NCBI GenBank assembly: GCA_048213135.1
Contig: PS015367.1
Span: 33,231 to 73,036 of the forward strand
DNA from: Reclinomonas americana ATCC 50394
Taxonomy: Eukaryota
Direction: 5' to 3'
Length of the DNA stretch: 39,806 nucleotides
This document shows, piece after piece, positions 17,198 to 27,361 of the stretch. Made by a program: the position numbers and the translations under genes. The notes beneath the pieces are model-generated. The model was not told the origin of the DNA and searched no databases. It worked only from the letters and a program-made list of their open reading frames with translations. The stretch's first letter is position 1, and the number at the start of each line of letters is the position of its first letter.

Positions 17198-20100
17198 GTG
17201 TGTATGTGTGTGCGTGTTCTCACCATCTTATTTACTTGCTGCGACGTTGCGTTCTCTTCTTCTTCTTCTGCCTTCTTCTTCTTCCTCTGCATCCTTTCTC
17301 CCTCCTTGCGCTCACCCTTTCTCACCCTCTCTCTCTCCCTCCCTCCTCTCTCCTCTCTCTTTCTCCACAGGCCCGCATTCCTCGAGGTCTTTCGCGTTCT
17401 CCAATCCGAGCTGCAAGACCTGCAGGAGACCAACGTGGATCACCTGACGTTTCTCGCCGTGCACCCGATGAACTCGCATCCACCCGGGCACCCCAATGCG
17501 CAGCAGCCTGGGGGGCAGTTGGATAGAGGTGGGTGGAGAGGGGGAAGGAGGGAGAAGGGAGGGAGAAGGAGAAGGATGGTAGGGATAGTGTGTGGAAGGG
17601 AATAGGAGGGGAGGTAGAGAGATATACAGATAGATAGAGAGAGACAAAGAGACACAGAGTATCCTTCTCCCTCGCAAACTCTCTCTCTCTCTCTCTCCTC
17701 AGATTATTCTTCGTGCGCGCTGTCGTGTGATAGACGTGCTGTTGTGTGTGAGAGAGAAAGACAGTGAGTGTGTTAGAGAGAGAGAGACAAAGCAAGAGAA
17801 AGAGAGACTTGAAGAGAGACTGAGAGAGAGAGGGAGAGGGAGAGATATTGAGATGAAGAGCGAGAGAGAGTGAAATCACAAGTACAACTGAGCACGCTGA
17901 GAGTTAGAGAAGGACCCGAGAGGCAGAGAAAGTGTGAGGCAAGCAAACACAGTGGGGCAGACGGCGGAGGGAGAGTAAAGCAATGGGGAGGTGAAGTGTG
18001 CGCGGTTTGACTGAGTGAGCAAGAATCACGCGGGGTAAAACGAGAGGAAAAAGGGAGAACTGGACTGAGAAAACAGAGAAGAACACGTCTACGAGCCACG
18101 AAAGCTCAGAAACGGCCAGGCGACGAGTGCAGAGTGCCGGGAGAGAGAGAAGAGAGGGGAGAAGAGATGGAGAGGGAGAGAGGAGGAGGAGGAGGAGGAG
18201 GAGGAGAGAGAGAGAGAGTGAGATTGAGAATGAGGAATGGACAAGCAGAAGTGCAAGTGAGAGAGAGGGGTAGGTCGTTGAGCTTCGCCCAGACAATGAG
18301 ATGTGCAAGTGAGAATCCAGAAGGGAACGAAGAGGCAGCAATACTGAGTGCAAAGCAGTTGCAGTTGGGCGACGGTGATTTCCCATGCCTGTCTTCTCCG
18401 TCTCTGTTCTTGCCTTCTGCGCACTCTTCTGTTCACGGCTGTCGCTTCGTTCTTGCTCTATCGTCTCTCGCTCTCGCTTTCCCTTGCTCTCTCTGTTGCT
18501 CTCCCGGCCTCTCTTTCTCTCCCCTTCCCAATGTTTTCCACCTCTATTGCTCCTTATTCTTCTCCTCTTTTTTCTGTTTGTTCTGTGCTCTCGCTGCATG
18601 CTTCTCTCCCTGTCGCTCACCTGTCTCGCTCGGTTCTCGACCAACCTGTTTCTCTGTCTCCTTTCCCTCGGGCCTCTCTCTCTCTCTCTNNNNNNNNNNN
18701 NNNNNNNNNNNNNNNNNNNNNNNNNNNNNNNNNNNNNNNNNNNNNNNNNNNNNNNNNNNNNNNNNNNNNNNNNNNNNNNNNNNNNNNNNNNNNNNNNNNN
18801 NNNNNNNNNNNNNNNNNNNNNNNNNNNNNNNNNNNNNNNNNNNNNNNNNNNNNNNNNNNNNNNNNNNNNNNNNNNNNNNNNNNNNNNNNNNNNNNNNNNN
18901 NNNNNNNNNNNNNNNNNNNNNNNNNNNNNNNNNNNNNNNNNNNNNNNNNNNNNNNNNNNNNNNNNNNNNNNNNNNNNNNNNNNNNNNNNNNNNNNNNNNN
19001 NNNNNNNNNNNNNNNNNNNNNNNNNNNNNNNNNNNNNNNNNNNNNNNNNNNNNNNNNNNNNNNNNNNNNNNNNNNNNNNNNNNNNNNNNNNNNNNNNNNN
19101 NNNNNNNNNNNNNNNNNNNNNNNNNNNNNNNNNNNNNNNNNNNNNNNNNNNNNNNNNNNNNNNNNNNNNNNNNNNNNNNNNNNNNNNNNNNNNTCCCTCC
19201 TCTGCATCTCCTAGAGTGGTTCTGACACCCCACACTTGCTACTCCCTTCCCTTTTCCCTCACCCATTTTCTCCACCTTCCCGCAGTCCCCGAACTTCTCC
19301 TCTCCCGCCTCCTCCCCGAGATGGAGAAGGACATGGACGCCCTGCGCGACCGCGGCGCCACCCACCCCATGATGTCAGAGGTAAGCCTCCATGCCGGCGC
19401 AGAGTGGGCGTCATACTTTGCGGGTTGAGTTTACGGAGTTGGGGGTATAACTCAGTGGTAGAGTGTTCGCTTTGCATGCGAAAGGTCCGGCGTTCGAACC
19501 GCCGTACCTCCACATTCTTTTTTTATTTTTTATTTATTTTTTCTGAGTGTTCATTCAGCGCTTCTCTCTTGTTCCTCTCACTGTGGTAGGCCGAAAGTGG
19601 TGATTTGATTTTTCTGTGTCCGATTGTGGACCCAGTATTGTGATCAGTCCAATTTTCTGTGTCTTCCTCTGCCTTCACCGAGACGAGAGCCCACTTCCAT
19701 TCTCACTCTCCCCCGTGCGTTCATGCCGCACACTTTGCAGCGTCCGCCCTCCTCTCCACTTTCGTTCTCTTGCTTCCTTGGTGCATTCATTTTGTCGAGC
19801 TCTGACTCTTTCCTTCTCTCGCTCTCCTCGCGCATTCACTCTGGCCCTGATCCTCTCTCCATCTGCCCTCTCCCCTTCTCCACTTGCATTCATGTCTCGA
19901 GCTCTCTGCACATCTCCCCGCGTTTTCGACTCTCTTATCTCGCTCTCCGTCGGTGCGCTGTCTCTCCCCCTTGTCTCCTTCACAGCACTCTCTTGTTTCT
20001 TTCTCACGTCTCTCTCTCTCCCTTCCCCCTTTTCCCCCACCTCTCCCCTTCTCGCAGGACCGCCGCCACACCTTCTCCGAAAAATGCCGCCAACTCGAAA

Positions 20101-21223
20101 AAGACTTTGAGCGCCTGCGCACGGACTTTGTGCAGGCCGGCAAGAACGACCGCTTCATGTCGGCCGGCATGCCCGGCCTTGGCGTGCTCTCGCAGCACCC
20201 GTACGTGGCGAAGCGGCAGGTCGACCGCAACAAGGTCTCCGGCCTGCTGGAGACGGTGCTGATGGGCCGCGGCGGTCAGCCGTCGGTGGTGACGGTGCCG
20301 ACGCAGCCGCCGACCGTGGCCACGATTCCGCAACAGCAGCCAAGCACCCCAGCGGCGACGGCGCCACCGCAGCCGCGCATGCCGCAGCCGCCTCCTCAAC
20401 AGCTGCCACTGCCGCCGCAACCGCAGCCGCCGCCGCCGCCACAGATGCCTCCGCAGCCGCAGACAGCGGCGGCTTCACTGCCTCCCCCGCCCCCGCCCCC
20501 GCCACCACCACCGCCGCCTGGCCTGAATGTGCTGCCGCCGCCACCGCCACCTCCTCCGCCGCCACCAGCGTCCGTGATGGCGCAGCCGTCGCTGGCACAA
20601 ATGGTCGACCCCACGTTGCCGCTGCCGCCGCCGCCGCTGTCGAGCATGCCGCCGGAGCCGCCCATTGCCGAGCCTGTGTCGGTGCCGTCGCGCAAGCGTG
20701 GGGCCAAGGTTTGTTTGCTCAGTTGTTTATTTGTGTGGCTGGCGGTGTGGTGACTCACTCGTGCGATGCAGTCGCCGCCGCCTGGGCAGCCCGACACCAA
20801 GAAACCGAAGAATAGTACGTTTCTATCTCTCTCTCGCTCACGCACACACACTTCCCTTTGCCGTCATCTTCTGTCGTTGCGCCGCTTGCGCGTCTCCTAT
20901 CGGTTCGAAGTGCAGCGATCGCTCTTCTCGTCGTATCTGTCACCACTCTCCCGTCCCCTCTCCTTCCCTTCCCTTCTCTCTCTCTCTCTCTCTCATCTAT
21001 CTATCTTTCTCCGTATCTCTCTCATTCCACGCCCCCTAAATCGCTGCGTGTGTATTGGTCGCAGTGAAACGATCGCTCTTCTCCGTGTGTCTGTCTCCTC
21101 TGTCCTCCCCTTGCCTTTCTTTCTCTCTCACGCCCCTAACTCAAGCCTCTTAATTATACGTCGCTGTCGGGTATAGTTCGCGATAGCCTTCTATTCGTTT
21201 CCCTTTCCCCTTACCCGGCTCTC

Positions 21224-21255
<32 letters not shown>

Positions 21256-22252
21256 NNNNNNNNNNNNNNNNNNNNNNNNNNNNNNNNNNNNNNNNNNNNN
21301 NNNNNNNNNNNNNNNNNNNNNNNNNNNNNNNNNNNNNNNNNCCTTCCCCTGCATCATGCGTCGCTGCACCGCATGTTTCTCCTATCGCAGCGATCGCTCT
21401 TCTCCTTGTACCTGTCCCCGCTGTCTCCCTTCTCCTCCCCGCTCCCCTTCTCACTCCCTTTCCTGACTTTTCTTCATCACCAGCTGGTCGCGGCCGCGGT
21501 GCTACCAAGAAGACCAAGGCGGGTCGTGGAGGAGATGCGCTGCAGCCGCCGCCGCCGATGCCGCCGGCCATGGTGCCGGGCATGCCGCAAGTGGCGCCTC
21601 CAGTCATGCCGCCCGCTGGTGGGGGCATGCCGATGGTGCGTGGTGGGATGATTGTGTGAGGTTACAGTTCATGAGCATCATTTTTTCTCGCAGCAGCAGC
21701 AGGCTGGTCGAGGCAAGCGCATTCCACCGGCGGCTGCCGCGGTGCCGGCGCAGGATGCAGCGGCCTACAACTATATGGTGCACCAGAATCAGATGGTGAG
21801 CGTGCAGAGGGGAAAAAGGGAAAGGGTGGGGGAAGGAGAAGGGGAAAAGCAGAAGGAGATTCGGCGGTCTTTCTTCGGCCCACTGACTCTCCCTTCTCCC
21901 TCCGCAGAACGCCGGTTCCGCCGCCGCCGCCGCCACCGCTCCCGTTCCTCCCCCCGCCATGCCACCCGCCGGCTACGGCTACCCGCAACCAAACCCCTAC
22001 GGCAACACGTACGCCGTGGCGCCTGGCGCACCACCCGTCGGCGCCGCCCCTCCCGGCTACTATGGCATGCCCGCACAGGCTGTGCAGGGACGCGCCGTCA
22101 CCGCCGTCACCATGCCGCAGCACCCGCAGCCGCCGCCGCCACAACAGCAGCAGCCGCTTAATCAGCCACCACAGCAGCTGCCGCCGCCTCCGCCGCCACC
22201 GCCACCGCCTCCACCGGCAGCGGATTTCAATGTGGAGGATGTGTTCAGTTAA
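16448..22252 (+). CDS. MED8: Mediator of RNA polymerase II transcription subunit 8 with a long Pro/Gln-rich C-terminal extension
   Basis: Exons 16448-16453, 16561-16637, 17371-17528, 19286-19380, 20058-20708, 20772-20814, 21484-21635, 21694-21795 and 21908-22252 are phase-consistent. The protein has PVLQKAITLRDRL...WPAFLEVFRVLQSEL...FLAVHP...VPELLLSRLLPEME...LLETVLMGRG, matching the MED8 pattern as I recall it from plant MED8 (W..L..F, VVHP, LP.MLSSKLLPEME, L..V..G.G). N-gaps could hide exons. Confidence 0.8.
19441..19512 (+). tRNA. trnA-UGC: tRNA-Ala (anticodon UGC), located in a MED8 intron
   Basis: Full cloverleaf: acceptor stem GGGGGTA/TACCTCC with the Ala identity pair G3:U70 and discriminator A; D-stem ACTC/GAGT; anticodon arm TTCGC-TT TGC AT-GCGAA; T-arm CGGCG-TTCGAAC-CGCCG. 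No intron and no encoded CCA. Confidence 0.97.
19518..19542 (+). terminator. RNA polymerase III oligo(T) terminator of tRNA-Ala
   Basis: A T7 run starts 6 nt after the tRNA 3' end and is followed by further T runs. Confidence 0.8.
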
Positions 22253-22449
22253 AGGGTTGATGGTTGGTCAAGGGTCAAGGGAGGTGTGGGGGGAAATTGA
22301 GCGAGGGCGAAGGGTAGAAGGGTCGCGGTGGAAGGGCGAAGGGTCCAGGAGCAAGGGTCGACGGTGAAGAGTCGGCTGCCTGTTGGGAAGTCGCAGGGTT
22401 TGTTGGTGGTTGATTGGCTTCTCCCCGTCGCGAACCTGTCACCACTGAG

Positions 22450-23170
22450 TCGATTCACCACTCGTGCATTCGCCACCTCTCGCACACCACCAGCGCGAGC
22501 AGCAGCAACAAGCCACGTTGACGACAAACACGACAAATCGCTTTGTCGTTATTTTTAATGGAACAAGAATTCCAAATGCTTCGTTCCCTCGCGCGATTCA
22601 CCACTGGCGCACTTGCCGCTTCTCTTCGCAGCACCGCCACCAGCACAGGCAGCAACAGGCCAGGGTGCCAAGTTTGACCAAAACATGACAAATTGTCCTG
22701 CTGTCGTATTTCAGGCAACAAAAAATGCTTCGTTCCCTCGCGTGATTCACCACTCGCACATTCACCACCTCTCCTCGCATCACCACCAACACCACCAGCA
22801 ACAAGCTACAAGCCGCGAGAAAAGGAAACGATCCAAGAACGACACGACAAATCGTCCTGTCGTCCTTCATGCAACAAAGAATGCTTCGTTCCCTCGCGCG
22901 ACTCGCCACTCGCACATTCACCACCTCTCCTCGCACAACCACCACCACCAGTCACACAGGCAACAGCAAGCCACGCTGCCAAGTTACACCGACGAAACAC
23001 GACAGAACGTCCTGTTGTCGTCCTTCATGCACCAACCAAAGAATGCTGCGCCTTCTCGCGCGACCACTACACCGCCTCACCACGACTCGCACATTCGCCA
23101 CCTCTCGTCGCACACCACCACCACCACCACCTGCAGCAGCAACAATCGCCGTTGAAGACAAACAAGAAAA
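22450..23170 (+). repeat. About 150-160-bp tandem repeat (4 copies + 1 partial) of the RSM22 start / mitochondrial presequence segment
   Basis: aATGCT(T/G)CG.....TCGCG at 22576, 22725, 22881 and 23043, each followed by cactcgcacattc.ccacctctc-like sequence. A partial copy begins at about 22451. Confidence 0.88.
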
Positions 23171-26100
23171 CGTCGACGTCGACGACGTTCTCTCCCCCTC
23201 TTCTTCCTCTTCTTTGACTGCTTCTGCTGTTCGCGCTCTACGAAGCAACAGTGCAGTGTCGTATGGTTGCCCGGGGCTTCCTCCACGCTTTGTTGCTCGA
23301 CTGGAGCAGTTGGTGAAAGGTGAGAATGAGAGAGAGAGAATGAGAGAGAAAGAGTGTTAGCTCTCTCTGTCTCTCTGTTTGTTTGAGTGTCTATCAGTTG
23401 CTCTCTCTTCTCTTGCTTGTCTCTCTTTCTGTGTCTCTTTCTCTGTCATTCATTCTGCTTCTCATTGTGTTCTTCTCTCTATGTCTGTCTCTCTTTCTCT
23501 CTTACCTCACAGTCTTCCTCTCTGTCTCTGTCTCTCTCTTTCTTCCTGCTTCTATTTATGTGTCTTTTGGCCTCACCTTCCCCTTTTCTGTCTCTTTCTC
23601 TGCTGCTTTCAGTCTATCTGTCTCTGTCTCTCTCCTCCACTTTCTGTCTCTTACTCCTTCCCTCAGTCTTCTTCTTCTTTGAGTCTCACTGTCTTTGTCT
23701 CTCTTCCCCCTCCCTTTCTCTCTCTTCCCCCTTTTTCTCTCTCTCTCCTCCTCTTTCTTTCTCTTCCTCCTTCCATCAGNNNNNNNNNNNNNNNNNNNNT
23801 CTTCTTCTTCTTCTTCTTCTTCTTCTTGTTCTTCTTCTTCTCTCTCTTTCATCTCCCTCTATCAGTCTCCCTGCTTCCTTCCCTCTTCTGTCTCCTTCTT
23901 TCCTCTCCTCTCCTCCCTTCATTCTTCCTTTTCTTCTTCTTCTTCTTCTTCTCTCTTTCATCTCCCTCAATCAGTCTCCCCGCTTCCTGCCCTCTTCTGT
24001 CTCCTTCATTCACTCTTCCTTTCCTCTTCTGTCACCTCTCACATTTCCTTCCATCCCTCTCCCATGCTTCTCCTCCCTCTTCCCTCTCTCTCTCTCTCTT
24101 TCATCTCCCTCTATCAGTCTCCCTGCTTCCTTCCCTCTCACCCCTCACTCCCTCCCCTCGTCCCTTCCCTCTTTTATCGTCACCCTCTTCCTTCTCTTCC
24201 TTGTCTCTCTTTCCTTCCTTCTCAGTGATTCCGCGAAGTCGACTGCGACAAGATGCTGCGCACTTGAGCGAGGCGCTCCGGCTGCGAACAGTCTCCAAGG
24301 GAGTGAACAAGGAGACGGGCGAGTTGTTGACCAGTGTGGGGTGAGTAGATGAAGAGAGGGAGAGAAGGAGAAGAACTGAAAGAGAAGAGGAGGAAGAGAG
24401 GGTGGAGCGGAAGGAGGAAGAGAAGGACAAGGAGCAGAAGAAGGAGAAGAAGATGAAGGAGGAGGAGGAGGAGAAGAAGAAGAAGAAAACGAAGAAAGAT
24501 GAAGAAGAAGAACAAGAACAAAAAGAAGAAGATGAAGAGGAGGAGGAAGGAGGAGGAGAAGAAGAAGAAGAAGAAGAAGAAGGCGAGAAGGCTTGTCTTC
24601 TTCTTCTTCTCCTTCCTCCTGCTGCATCGCCCTCAGCCCCCTCTCCTCTCCCCCTTCCTCATTTCCTCCCTTCCCCTCATCCCGCGCAGCACCCAGGACC
24701 TTCAATCTCCCACCTCCTCTTCCTCCTCCTCCTCCTCCTCTTCCGCCGCACCATCCACGCAAGCCACCGCCGCCGCCAACAGCCGCGCACGTCGCCTGCG
24801 CTTTGACGAACGCGGTGCAACCGGCGTGCCACCCATTGTGTACGGGCAGCGCGAGGCCATGGCATACGCCGTGCATCGCATGCCGGGCGTGTACGCAGTG
24901 ATGGAGCGGGTGTTTCGCGAGGTCTGGTGTGGAGGGCGATGGACTGCGTGTGGTGCGTGGCACTGATTTTTGTTGGGGTGGCAGGTGGGCCATCGTCTCG
25001 GACCGTCGTTCGTGCCGCAATCGTATCTCGACATGGGCACTGGACCAGGCACGGCAATCTGGTTCGTCCTCTCCTCGTTCTCTTCTCCGTGCTATCCTCG
25101 TCTNNNNNNNNNNNNNNNNNNNNNNNNNNNNNNNNNNNNNNNNNNNNNNNNNNNNNNNNNNNNNNNNNNNNNNNNNNNNNNNNNNNNNNNNNNNNNNNNN
25201 NNNNNNNNNNNNNNNNNNNNNNNNNNNNNNNNNNNNNNNNNNNNNNNNNNNNNNNNNNNNNNNNNNNNNNNNNNNNNNNNNNNNNNNNNNNNNNNNNNNN
25301 NNNNNATACTTAGACCTCCTCAATTCTGGCCTTCTATGTGCGCTTACGTTCTCATTCTTTGTTACACTGCTTGCCTTCCAACTCGAAAGCTCAGTTTCTC
25401 ATCCCTCATTTCACGACATCCTCGCCATCCGCCTGCACCGCAAGTCGCCCTTTTCTTTTCCCTTTGCTGTTCCTCACTTTCCCTTTCCTTCTTACTTGCC
25501 GCAGCGCCGCTGTTGAACTCTGGCCGCAAGACAAGGCCCTTCGTGAGATCCTGGCCGTCGAGCCCTCCTCGGCCATGATGGACGTCGCCTCGACAATCCT
25601 CGCCGGTGCGACTCTCCTTGCTCTCGCCTCGCTCCCCTCTTCCATCTCTCACCCATCCTCCTTCGCAGACGTCCCCGGCATTGTGTGGCGCCGCTTCCTC
25701 AACGAGAGCCTCAGTCGCCAGTTTGATCTCGTCAGCTGCGCCTACGTTCTCAGCGAGCTCTACAGCGACAAGGTCCGCGCCTCCACCGTGCAGTCGTTGT
25801 GGGAGAAGACCGGCAACGCGTTGGTGTGTGAGAAGGAGAGGAGGGGAAAGGAGAGGAAGGGAGGGGAGATCGGGGGAGAGGAGAGGAGAAGAGCATGGAG
25901 AAGAGGAGAAGAGAAGAGAACAGGAGATGAGAGGAGAGGAGGGGAGAGGAGAAAGGAGAAGAGATAGGAAGAGAGGAGAAGAGAATGGAAGAAAAGAAAA
26001 AGAAGAGAAGAGAAGAGAGGAGAGAAGAGAACAAGAGAAGAAAAGTGAAGAGGAGAGAAAGGAGAGAAGAAGAGAAGAGAAGAGATGAAGAGGAGAAAGG

Positions 26101-27167
26101 AGAAGAGATGGGGAGAGAAGAGAACGGAAGAAGAGGAGAAGAAGAAAACGGAGGATAGGAGAGAAGCGAAGAGAGGAGAAGAGCATGGAGAAGAGGAGAA
26201 GAGGAGAGAAGAAAGTAGATCTGGCTGACTGTGCACGCGTCGCAGGTGATTGTCGAACCGGGCACGCCAGTGGGCTTCAAGCACATTAGAAATGCTCGCG
26301 ACACGCTGATTGCCAGCGGCGCGCAGATTATTGCCCCAGTTGCGTGGTGGGTGATGAGGAGAGGGAGAAAGAAAGAGGAACAATGTTCGCCCTTCTTCAG
26401 TTGCTTCTCATCTCTTCTGTTGAATGAGCGTTCTGAGCTTGTCTTCTTTTCTCTCTTCGCCCCTTCATTCCTACCAATCTTCGCATGCCTCAGTCGCCCC
26501 TCGTGACTCATTATCCGCTTCTCGCTTCCATTCATCGTCTCGCATGTTCTCAATTTGGCGCGTAACGTTGCTTCACACCGTCATTCCCTTCTCTTTCCTC
26601 CTCCTCCTCCCCCTCCTTCTCTCCTCCCTCTCCTCTCCTCCTTTCCCTCATCCTTTGCCCCCGCAGTGCCCCCACTCCTCCACCTGCCCGATGCCCGGCA
26701 ACTCCTGGTGCCACTTCCTGCAACGCGCACAACGCCCGGAGCTCCAGCGCATCTCCAAACAGCACGCCACACGCGGCTTTGAGGACGAGAAATTCTCCTA
26801 CATTGTCGCCGTTCGTTCGCCCACTTCTCCCGCTCCTACTGCCGCCGAGGAGGAGAAGGAGGAGGAACCCTCTCGAGTAGTGCGCGGTCCGCGACGTCGC
26901 GGCGGGCACACGCTGCTCGATTTGTGCACACCGCGCGGCACGCTGGTGACGAGTCACGTGGTCAGTCGTTCGCAGGGACTCGAATACCGCTTTGCGCGCA
27001 AGGCGAACTGGGGCGATCGATATCCGTTCGCCGTGCCCGACAAGGTGGTGGTCGAGGAGGAGGAGGTTGAGGGCGAAGGCGGCAGTGCTGTTGTTGTGGT
27101 GGATGAAGTAGAGGAGGACGAGGAGGAAAAGCCGATGCGCAGAAATCGACGACGAGGACGCGAATAA
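23043..27167 (+). CDS. RSM22: Mitochondrial small ribosomal subunit assembly factor Rsm22 / METTL17 (methyltransferase-like)
   Basis: Exons 23043-23319, 24226-24340, 24690-24921, 24985-25061, 25505-25605, 25669-25823, 26246-26338 and 26667-27167. Motifs: AMAYAVHRMPGVYAVMERVFRE, LDMGTGPGT, FDLVSCAYVLSEL, LVIVEPGTPVGF, IIAPCPHSSTCP, WCHF, EDEKFSY, RVVRGPRRRGGHTLLDLC, YRFARKANWGD. The N-terminus MLRLLARPLHRLTTTRTFATSRR is Arg-rich and acid-free, like a mitochondrial presequence. An in-frame upstream ATG exists at 22881. Confidence 0.93.
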
Positions 27168-27361
27168 AAAGGTAAAAGTTTTGGGTGCTTGTCCGAATGT
27201 TCGGACCTAACTTCACCTTCCTTTCCTGACGAGCGCCTCATTCACAGTTGTTGTGTGAGCGAGCGGTGGTGGTGTGCGAGGGGAAATTGTCTTTTTCTTG
27301 ATTGATGCTCGAGTCACCTGCTTCCTCGTCTTTGTCGGCGTCGCCCTCACGGTCGTTGAGA

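Noticed and set aside
21689-21702. Tandem cagcagcagcag acceptors in MED8
   Set aside because: NAGNAG-type choice would only change the length of a Gln run. This is common and unremarkable.
25059-25507. Possible hidden microexon or non-canonical splice, because the GT-AG join gives Cys (TG|C) where Rsm22 proteins often have Trp (WAA)
   Set aside because: The canonical join keeps both the frame and the x-A-A-x-x-x-W spacing, so a simple substitution suffices. The N gap in this intron prevents a final answer.
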